From Escherichia phage A5-4: a stretch of DNA of 64,000 nt. The notes below the pieces were generated by a model, which saw nothing but the letters and a program-made list of their open reading frames with translations, did not search any database and was not told where the DNA came from. The stretch lies in sequence record OP744025; one strand, 5' to 3'. The position numbers and the translations under genes are program-made. Of this stretch, positions 17,962 to 27,047 are shown in pieces (the first letter of the stretch is position 1; every line of letters starts with the position of its first letter).

Positions 17962-18254
17962 ATAGTGGTTAATTTACAAATACACCAGAAAATCCCGATC
18001 AGTGTAGCCAGAGTAATAACACAAGTCAATACTATAGGTAAGAATATCGTCATAATCACTGCAAAGACTGAAATACCTATGCTTGCAATAAGATCCGGCA
18101 CGAAATAGTGAAATGGATCTCTTGCCTTTTTAATGTTGTCCCATGTTATTACTACGGAGCTAAGGACGAGCCAGAATAAAAAGTACAAAATGCAAGGAAA
18201 TAAAGTCATGTGTGACTTAACCATATCAAACCACATGTTGTAGAATTCAATCAT
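17946..18254 (-). CDS. hypothetical membrane protein
   Basis: 102 aa, three hydrophobic segments. Confidence 0.5.
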   Translation of the reverse strand: MIEFYNMWFDMVKSHMTLFPCILYFLFWLVLSSVVITWDNIKKARDPFHYFVPDLIASIGISVFAVIMTIFLPIVLTCVITLATLIGIFWCICKLTTIWMLR

Positions 18255-18574
18255 TCAGTTTTCCTCGGTACAGATGCAATAACAGCCTTTTCGACGAGAC
18301 ATACAATAAATCTCCCAATCCCTGCCAAAAGGAGAGCAAAGACTGTAAAAGGCAACCCATAAATAAGAACCAAAATCATCAATCCAAAACAAGCGGAAAA
18401 CAGGACTTCTGTGCCTAGCCACATTTTGGAGTAATTGATATAATTATGCCGCAATTTTAAAAACAGTCCAGCAATAGAGCCTACAGAAAATATACCAATC
18501 AACCAAGGTGCAGTTACAAATGAACGACTGAACCCTTCCCAAAAAACAAAAACATTAATGATTGCTTCGATCAT
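18251..18574 (-). CDS. hypothetical membrane protein
   Basis: 107 aa, hydrophobic segments; 4-nt overlap. Confidence 0.5.
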   Translation of the reverse strand: MIEAIINVFVFWEGFSRSFVTAPWLIGIFSVGSIAGLFLKLRHNYINYSKMWLGTEVLFSACFGLMILVLIYGLPFTVFALLLAGIGRFIVCLVEKAVIASVPRKTE

Positions 18575-18825
18575 AAACCATACCTCGCTTCATATAAGAA
18601 TTCATCAAGATCTTTACTGTCGTCGGAACCTTCTACTGTCAACGGCATCAGGTGTTCTTTGAAATAATAGCAAAGATTGCCGGAACTCGTTTCCACTAAA
18701 CATGTGGTTTTGCAAACCATCTTAACTTTCACCGATAGTCCCGCATCTTCATGGCTGTGGACCATTGCAAGACAACCATCATAAAGCTTATCCTCGTAAG
18801 GTAAGCAAGGATCTGGATTTTTCAT
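18571..18825 (-). CDS. hypothetical protein
   Basis: 84 aa ORF, 4-nt overlaps on both sides. Confidence 0.45.
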   Translation of the reverse strand: MKNPDPCLPYEDKLYDGCLAMVHSHEDAGLSVKVKMVCKTTCLVETSSGNLCYYFKEHLMPLTVEGSDDSKDLDEFLYEARYGL

Positions 18826-19118
18826 CGTGAACTTTCCTCCTCCGCATGTTTACGCACCCATTCTACACGGGACGCGTTCAGGTGTTTGTTATCGTCGTAG
18901 TGATACGCTTTCCAACCTTCGTCGAAAGGGAACTCCCAGTTCAGTCCGGCATCGGTAAACTGTTGCTGCATCTCTTTGAGTAACTTATAGTCACACTCTG
19001 AAAACTCTTCCAGTGCGTTACACAGACCGCAGGTCCGATCAAACGTCTCGGAGTGTGGTGCACCAGCGTCAAGCCACTCAGCATAGGCTTTATAGAATGC
19101 TTTAAGTTGCTCGCTCAT
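18822..19118 (-). CDS. hypothetical protein (paralog of 8320..8646)
   Basis: 98 aa; AFYKAYAEWLDAGAP...GLCNAL...DAGLNWEFPFD shared with 8320..8646. Confidence 0.5.
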   Translation of the reverse strand: MSEQLKAFYKAYAEWLDAGAPHSETFDRTCGLCNALEEFSECDYKLLKEMQQQFTDAGLNWEFPFDEGWKAYHYDDNKHLNASRVEWVRKHAEEESSR

Positions 19119-19514
19119 TTATTTATCCTCTGCATATGCAATCTTAGTCATGTAGTCAATACAATCATATTGAACATTGTGGCTATTAAAAACAGCCTTG
19201 TCTTTGTAAATAACTTGCCAATAATCAATGCTTTCAATTTCGGAAAGGTATGCAACACACTCCCCTTTTGGATTAATAAGTTCAACTCGATCAGTTTCTC
19301 GTAATTTCCAACCAGTAGGTAACTGAACAGCTTGTTCCTTAAAAATCACAATATCGTCACGGTGACCAGTTGCCCTTTTAAATGCCCGCAGTAATTCTTT
19401 GTATTCACGATATTTCACATAAAGGCCGTCCTCTGATTTTTCCATACGGGCTTCATTGATATTGCAATTACCATCCATATCTCCAACCAGGTCGTAACGA
19501 TATACAGGTTTCAT
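19119..19514 (-). CDS. hypothetical protein
   Basis: 131 aa ORF in block. Confidence 0.5.
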   Translation of the reverse strand: MKPVYRYDLVGDMDGNCNINEARMEKSEDGLYVKYREYKELLRAFKRATGHRDDIVIFKEQAVQLPTGWKLRETDRVELINPKGECVAYLSEIESIDYWQVIYKDKAVFNSHNVQYDCIDYMTKIAYAEDK

Positions 19515-19723
19515 TTTTTAACTTTCTCCTTTTTCTCAGGTTTTACATCGCAAACTTTTTGTTGATAACTGATCGGTGTTACATAGCGCCACGTCTTTTT
19601 AAGGTTCTCAACGAGGATTCGCATTTGTTCCTCATCAGCACCCCAGCCTGCGGTATGTGCTATTTCATCAACACTCATCTGGCATTTAACGTACCATCTT
19701 GTAATTGTCTTCGATTGTATCAT
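19511..19723 (-). CDS. hypothetical protein
   Basis: 70 aa ORF, 4-nt overlap. Confidence 0.45.
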   Translation of the reverse strand: MIQSKTITRWYVKCQMSVDEIAHTAGWGADEEQMRILVENLKKTWRYVTPISYQQKVCDVKPEKKEKVKK

Positions 19724-19750
19724 TATCGTTTCCTTGAGGTCAAGAGATTT

Positions 19751-20047
19751 TTATTTAATACCTAATTCTTTTGCACTGTAAATATCATTACCTTCATAGC
19801 CTTTGTAGTAGATCAGGATATCTTTGACAATCTCTCCCGTCGGTCCGCTCCGGCGAGTACGTGGTCGCTGTGCATTGACCAAATAAACTTCACCACGAGT
19901 ATTTATTTTTGTTGTACGATGGCCTTCGACAAAGGTCAAAGTTGTATATGCAGGAACCTTAACAAGAACTTCTACCTGGTCACCAGCAGTATTCTGTTGT
20001 TCATTTGCCATATCATCTTTAACAACAGTAGTCATAAGTTTGGTCAT
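19751..20047 (-). CDS. hypothetical protein
   Basis: 98 aa ORF in block. Confidence 0.45.
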   Translation of the reverse strand: MTKLMTTVVKDDMANEQQNTAGDQVEVLVKVPAYTTLTFVEGHRTTKINTRGEVYLVNAQRPRTRRSGPTGEIVKDILIYYKGYEGNDIYSAKELGIK

Positions 20048-20049
20048 TT

Positions 20050-20373
20050 TTATTCTCCTTTGTTCAGTGTGGATACGAATTCGATATAAGATTCTGCATT
20101 TCGTTTATGATAAATCTTAGGGTAACTTTCGGTTACTTTGCTGTATTTGATGTATCGCTCAAACATACCGACGACACCACCAATGGAATGCACAACAACG
20201 CCCTCTTCACCAACAAAGGTAACAACCTCTACGAATGGAGTATTATCGTAAGAGCGATTTACAATCAGGTCGCCAACTTCAAATTCGATTTTATCATTTT
20301 GTGAGTAGTACATTTGTTTTCTCCTTTCTGTTTGGTATGGGAGAAGTATAGGGAAGTTTGATGAGGGTGTCAA
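20050..20373 (-). CDS. hypothetical protein
   Basis: 107 aa ORF in block. Confidence 0.45.
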   Translation of the reverse strand: MTPSSNFPILLPYQTERRKQMYYSQNDKIEFEVGDLIVNRSYDNTPFVEVVTFVGEEGVVVHSIGGVVGMFERYIKYSKVTESYPKIYHKRNAESYIEFVSTLNKGE

Positions 20374-20405
20374 TAGAAAAAACCGCCCGAAGGCGGTTTA
20401 TTTTT
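20371..20405. terminator. bidirectional rho-independent terminator
   Basis: Hairpin ccgccc-gaag-gcgg flanked by A-run and T-run, immediately downstream of the helicase gene; same hairpin recurs at 62178-62193. Confidence 0.6.
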
Positions 20406-20409
20406 AGGA

Positions 20410-21516
20410 TCAGAAAGGTGCGTCGTCGTCCCAATCATCCGGCTCTGTGTCCGGCACATCAGGAATATCACCTGTGGATTCAACGATACTTTGTTGTTCC
20501 CACGTAGGTTCTTCTGAAGGTTGTTCCATTTCTTCCATAACCTTCTTGATCTCTTCCTCTTGCTCACGCAGGAAGTTATCATCCGGCTCAGGAATATCTT
20601 CCTCTTTAATATCTGAACGAGTGAGATCACTGTTTTGTTCAGACAGAGGTTGAATCTCTGCTGCTTTAGGCTTAAAGTCTGGAGAACGATGATCATCTTC
20701 TGGATGAGCGGCATACCACTCACGAAGAGTTTCATAAGGACTCTCTAAGAAGCCCTCTGGCGGTTCCAGATAATCACCCGTGTCAATGTCATAGAACACA
20801 GGGAATTTACCAGCACGACCGTGTTTACGGTCATCCAGAATAACAAAGTAAGAAGTGTTACGTTGTTTCATCGGGAGTTCTGGATCTTTGTTACGTTCAA
20901 TACCCCACATGTAATAAGTGTTACGCATCATTGCACGGCTACCAGCAAACTGCGCTGACTGGACTTGACCACCAAATTCATGAGGCTTACCAGATTCAGG
21001 CTTGTTAAGGTGACAGAAGCAATAATAGGTAAAGCCAAGCTCTTTTGCCAGTTTGGAGATCTCATCAGAGAATCGTTCCAGTTCCTGGTTAGCTTCGGAA
21101 GCACTCATACCTTGCACAAGACGAGTGATTGGGTCAATAAAGATATCTTCACAACCTTCTACGATCACTGCGTGACGGATAGCACCTTTCAGTTCATCCC
21201 ATACTGCACGACCATAGTTGTTATAATAGATAACACTATCACCAACTTCATCAGTAGCCTTGATCAGTTCTTCTTGCTTAAAGTAGCCACGTTGACCTTC
21301 AAATACTTCATTACCCCAAATGTCACGGAAAGTTCCATCTTCTTGAGGAATCATTACCTTTTCTGCGTTAACAAAGTCTTTATGATAACGCTTACCTGCG
21401 ATCTTTTTACAGGTAATTTCGTTCTCTTCTTCAAACTTAAACACCGCAGCCTTTGACTTCTCAATACCTGTAATGTGTTCTACCATCTGGTTAAGAAGTT
21501 CAGACTTACCCATTTT
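20410..21516 (-). CDS. primase-helicase (T7 gp4-like), helicase domain, exon 2
   Basis: Begins within Walker A (..KMGKSELL); CFCHLNKPESGKPHEFGGQVQSAQFAGSRAMMRNTYYMWGIERN aligns with T7 gp4 [32 protein letters not shown]...IALERN; acidic C-terminus ...DDWDDDAPF. Exon start uncertain by a few nt. Confidence 0.75.
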   Translation of the reverse strand, partial: KMGKSELLNQMVEHITGIEKSKAAVFKFEEENEITCKKIAGKRYHKDFVNAEKVMIPQEDGTFRDIWGNEVFEGQRGYFKQEELIKATDEVGDSVIYYNNYGRAVWDELKGAIRHAVIVEGCEDIFIDPITRLVQGMSASEANQELERFSDEISKLAKELGFTYYCFCHLNKPESGKPHEFGGQVQSAQFAGSRAMMRNTYYMWGIERNKDPELPMKQRNTSYFVILDDRKHGRAGKFPVFYDIDTGDYLEPPEGFLESPYETLREWYAAHPEDDHRSPDFKPKAAEIQPLSEQNSDLTRSDIKEEDIPEPDDNFLREQEEEIKKVMEEMEQPSEEPTWEQQSIVESTGDIPDVPDTEPDDWDDDAPF

Positions 21517-22268
21517 CACCGTTATGTTCGACAGGGTTCGCTACTCCCTGCCCGTTCTCTTACGAACTGCTACATGTCCCCATGCAGACCAGACTATATC
21601 TTCAACCTGTTTCCAGGTGCTATGCACTTCGGACCGCTTGGCCCTACTCTACTCGATTCAAGAGTCTAGCTCTTGTCTTTCGATAGTCGTTGCTCCTTCC
21701 TCTCAACCGCTTTGTAATTTGTCTTACGGTATCTCTGTGTATCCCAAAATGCTCTGCAATTTCTTTTTGTTGAAGCGTGGTATTAATAACCATTTCGTAA
21801 ACCTGCTTCTCAAAATCATCAGCATATCTATTTGGATTTCTTCTACCGTTGGCCCAACCATGATCGACATTTTCTTTCGTGGTTGTCCATTCCAAATTAA
21901 CATCGTTGTTGTTTTGCCTGTCGCTATCTTTATGATTAACAACAGGAAGGTTATGAGGGTTATCAACGTAGTGTTCAGCCACCAATTGGTGAATAAATCT
22001 ACGTGTAACCTTACCATCTTTACTTAACGAAACTCTAAGATACCCTGAACTATTGGTATCCGGTTTGAGTTTTTTAAGCTTCCGGTAAACATCTCCCCTT
22101 CGGGTAATGATGTAATTTTCAAAACCTTTTATTCTTTTCATTTCCCCCCCTTGCAATAAACAAAGAGGTTGAGAGGCTTGGATCAGGATTACGTGTTCTA
22201 CGCTTCCCCTGAGTTCACATAGTATTTAGTCGAGGCATCTCTGCCAAGGCTGGCTAGACTTAATGTTT
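21517..22268 (-). mobile_element. group I intron carrying an HNH homing endonuclease gene, inserted in helicase Walker A codons
   Basis: About 750 nt between ...FIGAG and (K)MGKS...; S-like AAGAUAUAGUCU (21591-21606); R-like CAACGACUAUCG (21681-21695); candidate P/Q in the 5-prime part (CUCAGGGGAAGCG, AAUCCUGAUCC). Boundaries approximate. Confidence 0.6.
21644..22156 (-). CDS. HNH homing endonuclease (intron-encoded)
   Basis: 170 aa; GYLRVSL...FIHQLVAEHYVDNPHNLPVVNHKDSDRQNNNDVNLEWTTTKEN is an HNH signature; probable true start at the internal ATG (MKRIKGF). Confidence 0.75.
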   Translation of the reverse strand: MQGGEMKRIKGFENYIITRRGDVYRKLKKLKPDTNSSGYLRVSLSKDGKVTRRFIHQLVAEHYVDNPHNLPVVNHKDSDRQNNNDVNLEWTTTKENVDHGWANGRRNPNRYADDFEKQVYEMVINTTLQQKEIAEHFGIHRDTVRQITKRLRGRSNDYRKTRARLLNRVE

Positions 22269-23204
22269 ACCAGCACCGATGAAGTAACCTTCACCTGGAC
22301 GACGACCCAAGGTAAGCTTGGTCATGGTGGGCCAAGGGAACTTCTTGCCGAGTTTAGGGATCTCATGTGCCTTTTCGCGGAACTGTGAATAAGTCGAGAA
22401 ACCATCCGGCACATATTCCTTTGGCTTCATTGCAGCCCAAAACAACTGATCAGAAAGTCCTTTGTTATACATGTCGCAAGGGTCCATATCTTCTGGAATG
22501 TCCACGACCTTCATTTGTGGAATTACAGAGTATACCGCTGCAACTGCATCTTTACCTTTCATGATCCCTTTGGCCTTCTCTGCTTCTGTCGCACGGTCAG
22601 CATCGAAAGCTACGATAATCTCTTCAAACTTACTCAGAAGCTTATAGTTATTCTTCTGTGATAAGTTTTGCACGGCATTGGATGTACCGTTAGAGATAGA
22701 TACAACTGTGAAGTTTGGTTTACGAGTGGAACCATCCTTCGGTTTGTACTTCTCTGTCAATACCTGCCACAAGATTGCAGCATCATATTCACCTTCAGTG
22801 ATAAAGATCATACGTTTGGAAGACTTATTTGCACCTTCCAGCCCAAACATATCACAAGCCACAGATTGGAAACCAATAGTTGTAAAGTGACCTTTCTGTT
22901 GCTTAGGGATCGTAAGATCACGCTTCTTAAAACCTACAACCTTACCTTCTAATGTATACGGGAAATAATGTGCTTCTGGTGTCATACCGTCTTTAGCTGA
23001 CAGTTTGGTACGAATACCAAATCGTTTAGCTGTCTTTTCGTCGATACCGCGCTCAGGGATACTTTTGCACGGGTAAGTCAATACGTCTTCAACTGTTTCT
23101 TCTACACGAGACACACCACCACCATAATTACGTGCTACTGAAGCTTTAGGATTTTTATGTCCAAACTTATAACCGCCAAACAAACTTTCGCCAATAGTGC
23201 TCAT
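22269..23204 (-). CDS. primase-helicase (T7 gp4-like), primase (TOPRIM) domain, exon 1
   Basis: KRMIFITEGEYDAAIL, VVSISNGTSNA, IIVAFDADRATEAE, EYVPDGFSTY and TLGRRPGE align with T7 gp4 TEGEIDMLTV, VVSLGHGASAA, ILMFDMDEAGRKA, PWIPDGVVS, TLGARGGE. No N-terminal Cys4 zinc-binding domain. Frame stops 3 codons after the proposed splice site. Confidence 0.75.
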
Positions 23205-23361
23205 TACTGCTCCTTGATCATCGTCGCCAAATAAATAGTGTTACCGTTTGAATTAATACCTGCTGTTACAGGACCCATCAATTTATAACCATAATCGTAA
23301 TGCTTCAGTATATATTTCTGAAGAGACAATAGATTTGTATACGATAGGATCTTAATGTCCA

Positions 23362-23670
23362 TCAAAAACCTCCAGTTTCTTCATCAAATGCCTGACTTAC
23401 TTGTGCATCACGGATACGTTCTTCAATACAACGATACACTACTTCATACGGGATATCAAGAGCAATTTCTTCACCATCTTCATAAACAGTGATTGAAAAA
23501 ATATCTAAGTAATCTTCGGCATCCCAATCTGACTCTGCATCTGGAATACCTTTGTACATAACAACCTCTACTTCAACAACCACCTCTTTACCGATCGCCT
23601 TATGAAAATGTGTGAATTCGAAGTTTACTGTACGCATTTTATTTTCTCCTGATAATTTATATTTATTCAA
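23362..23670 (-). CDS. hypothetical protein
   Basis: 102 aa acidic ORF. Confidence 0.45.
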   Translation of the reverse strand: MNKYKLSGENKMRTVNFEFTHFHKAIGKEVVVEVEVVMYKGIPDAESDWDAEDYLDIFSITVYEDGEEIALDIPYEVVYRCIEERIRDAQVSQAFDEETGGF

Positions 23671-23673
23671 TTC

Positions 23674-23865
23674 TTACTTTTTGGAAATGATATGTTCTTC
23701 ACGAACTTGAAGCTTAGTACCATCTGTCATTTCGACAAGATAAGCATTGCAAAGAATGTATTCTTGTAGCAACAAGACCTTACCATCACCTTTCTTACCG
23801 TACTTTTCGTCAACTTGGTCGAAACTTACTTCATCGTTGATTGCATATTTAAACACATTACTCAT
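23674..23865 (-). CDS. hypothetical protein
   Basis: 63 aa ORF. Confidence 0.4.
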   Translation of the reverse strand: MSNVFKYAINDEVSFDQVDEKYGKKGDGKVLLLQEYILCNAYLVEMTDGTKLQVREEHIISKK

Positions 23866-24239
23866 GCGTATTCAACCTCACTGATCATTTCAAAACCATC
23901 ATTTTGGATTAACGTTTTAACAAAGCCAATATTACCATCTTCTATGTTTCTGTGCAACCACATATACCCTTCAGCACAGTAAACATTAACACCGTAGCCT
24001 AGTTTAGCTGCTCGTTCAAAATCACCACTTTCTTTCTTAACCAAACAACGAACCATCTTTTTCATCAGTCTTTCCCCCTTATGATCAGGAACAACGTACT
24101 TATTGATTGCCTTAACAAGATGTTCCCGTAATTGTTGTGTATGACCATACTTTGAAACAGTTTCCATAATCTCACCAATGCACTTATTGAACAGGTGGGG
24201 TGGAATTTTTAACTTTCCGAATTGATCCATATCAACCAC
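23862..24239 (-). CDS. hypothetical protein
   Basis: 125 aa ORF, 4-nt overlap. Confidence 0.5.
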   Translation of the reverse strand: MVDMDQFGKLKIPPHLFNKCIGEIMETVSKYGHTQQLREHLVKAINKYVVPDHKGERLMKKMVRCLVKKESGDFERAAKLGYGVNVYCAEGYMWLHRNIEDGNIGFVKTLIQNDGFEMISEVEYA

Positions 24240-24449
24240 CTAAGTTAGTGAAATCTCTATTGTAACTTTAGCTTTACCTGCCACCATTGCAGTTCCAGAT
24301 TGTAACGCAAGCTCGATAGTTTCAAAATTTACAGATGGACTTTGCAACAATATACCATCAACAGCACGGAAAACCTCAGGCTTTTGACTATCCCGATTGA
24401 TAAAATATAATTCTCGGCTCTCCATAAACTTCACAATGTCAAACATCAT
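24240..24449 (-). CDS. hypothetical protein
   Basis: 69 aa ORF. Confidence 0.4.
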   Translation of the reverse strand: MMFDIVKFMESRELYFINRDSQKPEVFRAVDGILLQSPSVNFETIELALQSGTAMVAGKAKVTIEISLT

Positions 24450-24452
24450 CGC

Positions 24453-24677
24453 TTACTCCTCAATAATTTCAAGTTTACCGTTAATAGTATACAGAGTTGT
24501 CGCCTTCTCTTCAACAACTTTTAACGCGTTAATGACAGAATCATAAAACTCTTCAGATTCCTTAACTTCTTGTTTGCACTTCTTGATATGGTCGGCACTA
24601 ATATCCCGAAGACTCAACAGTTGTGCACGATTAAGTACAGACAAGTCTACAGAAAAATCATCAACTTTAAAACTCAT
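24453..24677 (-). CDS. hypothetical protein
   Basis: 74 aa ORF. Confidence 0.4.
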   Translation of the reverse strand: MSFKVDDFSVDLSVLNRAQLLSLRDISADHIKKCKQEVKESEEFYDSVINALKVVEEKATTLYTINGKLEIIEE

Positions 24678-24759
24678 ATTTAATCTCCTTGTTTGTGTTC
24701 AGTTACTTTATCACTTTGAGAGAAAGATGCAACAAGATTATTGCATCTTTTTTAATTAT

Positions 24760-26118
24760 TTACTGGTTATTGAAAATACTCGGGAACTTCTCGTGATAGA
24801 AGTCTACAACATCCTGATCAACGATGATATCTTTTACTCGCAGACGCTTCATCAGGCGAAGACCTTCTACGGATGTGGCACGAGATAGCATAACGTAGGC
24901 TTGCCCAGGTGTAAAAGTACCAAAACCAAGATCAATATTTACTTTACCCAAGGTAAGACCCTGCGCTTTGTGACCCGTGATCGCATAGCCTAACTTAAAT
25001 GGGTACTGGATATACTCACCGATAGATTTATCGACAAGAACAGTTTTTTCAACCATCTTCTTGATCGTCTTTTTGGTTCCGTCCGGCATATCAACTTCTT
25101 CCTCTTCAAGCATCATCTTTTTCTCAGGTACTTGAGCAACGTTGTTCCATGTTGCAGGGCCGATTGGGACCATCTTGCCATCGATATCTACAACAACAAA
25201 GGTTTTTGCGATACGACGAACAATGCCGACTGTACCGTTGACATAATCAGGCACTTTCTTCTTCTGATCATTGTCGTTAACAACAATCATTACTTTAAGA
25301 CCTTCCTTGAGAAAGAGTTTTTCATTAACTGGACGTTCAACAAACTCACCAGTAATACGGGCATTAAATTCATGCTGTTCAGCATTAATCTTTGCGTACT
25401 CTTTGTTGTTAATCTCTTCTGCCAGCTTGTTTGTGGTAGTTAAAGTTACTGCCCCGTCAAGTGGACGACCAAAGCAACGCTGGTTAAAGAAGTTAACGGC
25501 ATCAGGGATGTTTTTCCCGATACGAATATTGTTCAGGTGTTCTGCAAACACTGGATCACTTTGACGATGAACTTTAGGAAGATAAGCATAGGTCAGATTC
25601 AAAGATTCCCAAGTTTCACACCCAAAAGGAATTTCTTTCCCGTGCAGTTCACGGAACAAAGGAACTTCTTCTTTCTTAAGTACAGGCTTGATCTGGAAGC
25701 CGTCACCAAACATGATGATCTGGAGTCCACCAAAAGGCTTATCGGATTTACGATGGTGGCGAAGTTTCATATCGATTTCTTTCAGTTTGTCACTTCGAGT
25801 CATACCGATCTCATCGAACACGATACCATCGAGTGCATCAGATGCCATAAGCATAGCTGCCTTTTTAGATTTTGCTTTATAATCCTCGGAAGTTGTGACA
25901 CCAAAGGTTAAACCAAACGCTTTATGGGTAGTAACACCACGGATGTTTAATGATGCCACGCCTGTTGGACCAACAAACAGAAAACTATCAGCAAAGAAGT
26001 CACGCAGTGCTGCGATCATCATACTTTTACCACTACCACCAGGTCCGGTGATAAAAACGTTTTCCCCATTCATGATTGCTTGCATTGCCGCTTCGTTACC
26101 GATCACTGTCTTAGTCAT
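24760..26118 (-). CDS. SF1 DNA helicase (Dda/RecD/Pif1-like)
   Basis: 452 aa; Walker A ITGPGGSGKS, Walker B IVFDEIGM, later motifs YAITGHKAQGLT and AYVMLSRATS. Confidence 0.75.
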   Translation of the reverse strand: MTKTVIGNEAAMQAIMNGENVFITGPGGSGKSMMIAALRDFFADSFLFVGPTGVASLNIRGVTTHKAFGLTFGVTTSEDYKAKSKKAAMLMASDALDGIVFDEIGMTRSDKLKEIDMKLRHHRKSDKPFGGLQIIMFGDGFQIKPVLKKEEVPLFRELHGKEIPFGCETWESLNLTYAYLPKVHRQSDPVFAEHLNNIRIGKNIPDAVNFFNQRCFGRPLDGAVTLTTTNKLAEEINNKEYAKINAEQHEFNARITGEFVERPVNEKLFLKEGLKVMIVVNDNDQKKKVPDYVNGTVGIVRRIAKTFVVVDIDGKMVPIGPATWNNVAQVPEKKMMLEEEEVDMPDGTKKTIKKMVEKTVLVDKSIGEYIQYPFKLGYAITGHKAQGLTLGKVNIDLGFGTFTPGQAYVMLSRATSVEGLRLMKRLRVKDIIVDQDVVDFYHEKFPSIFNNQ

Positions 26119-26329
26119 TATTTAGTTCCTCATATTCATATGGGTAGAGTAGATATCCTTTGTTGTCTTTTAGTGCTACGGCTATAACACTCTCAAGGTA
26201 AAAATCATCATCATAGTGAATTTCTTCAATTACAAGAATATCACCTTTCTTTGGATGGTCATCGCGATCACTGAAATCATTTAGTAACTTTATTTTTACG
26301 TTTTTCATATAACATCTCCGCTGCCACAA
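26111..26329 (-). CDS. hypothetical protein
   Basis: 72 aa ORF. Confidence 0.4.
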   Translation of the reverse strand: MWQRRCYMKNVKIKLLNDFSDRDDHPKKGDILVIEEIHYDDDFYLESVIAVALKDNKGYLLYPYEYEELNND

Positions 26330-26489
26330 GGGTTAAGATCATTGCCATATACATTACAATAGAAGTCACGCTGATTTCAATGAAAACCTCGTCGGTTACA
26401 TGATCAAAGTAAGCATCCTTTACATATCTGACACCTACTAGCCAAAATGTCATAACTACAGCAAATGTCAGTATCATGCGTTTTATCAT
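26277..26489 (-). CDS. small two-TM membrane protein (holin-like candidate)
   Basis: 70 aa with two hydrophobic segments and a basic C-terminus (EKRKNKVTK); ATGA-coupled downstream of the wall hydrolase gene. Confidence 0.4.
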   Translation of the reverse strand: MIKRMILTFAVVMTFWLVGVRYVKDAYFDHVTDEVFIEISVTSIVMYMAMILTLVAAEMLYEKRKNKVTK

Positions 26490-27001
26490 TTCTTTTTCTC
26501 CTCTTTGTCTTTGTAAAAGATGTGATTTTCTATGGTGACTGTTCTTTTTAGAAGTTTACGCCAAACAGGTTTAACCTTCTTAGTATGATAGTACAGAGAT
26601 CCGTGTGTTGGGTCAAACCTTTTATACAAAACCTCATTATTTTTTATCTTGTGTACAAACTTGGAGATGCTTAGAGCGCCCTCCCAGGAATCTTTATCGG
26701 TTATGCTATAAGAGGATTTAGTTAATGTCCATGAGAACTGAGAGGCTTGATATACAACCCCTTTCATTGTCCTTGGGAATTTATCATTTTTCATCCGATT
26801 CATTGTAACAAAGGCAACAGCCATTTGCCCATTTATTGTCTCACCTCGTGACTCCATATAGACATTACAGGCCAAGGCATTTACAGAATTATCCTTTTTG
26901 GTACATTTATGAATAACCTTCTGTGCTCTCTCTTTGGCATAAGTGACGCCTGGTGCCAGAGACAGAGTACAAATCAAACCACATAAAACTAATTTTTTCA
27001 T
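26486..27001 (-). CDS. secreted cell-wall hydrolase (SleB / Hydrolase_2-like)
   Basis: Signal-peptide-like MKKLVLCGLICTLSLAPGVTYA; NVYMESRGETINGQMAVAFVTMNR resembles the SleB-family core. Confidence 0.55.
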   Translation of the reverse strand: MKKLVLCGLICTLSLAPGVTYAKERAQKVIHKCTKKDNSVNALACNVYMESRGETINGQMAVAFVTMNRMKNDKFPRTMKGVVYQASQFSWTLTKSSYSITDKDSWEGALSISKFVHKIKNNEVLYKRFDPTHGSLYYHTKKVKPVWRKLLKRTVTIENHIFYKDKEEKKK

Positions 27002-27047
27002 TTTTCCTCCAATTGAGGACCCAGCTTATCACTGGGTCACCCTCTTG

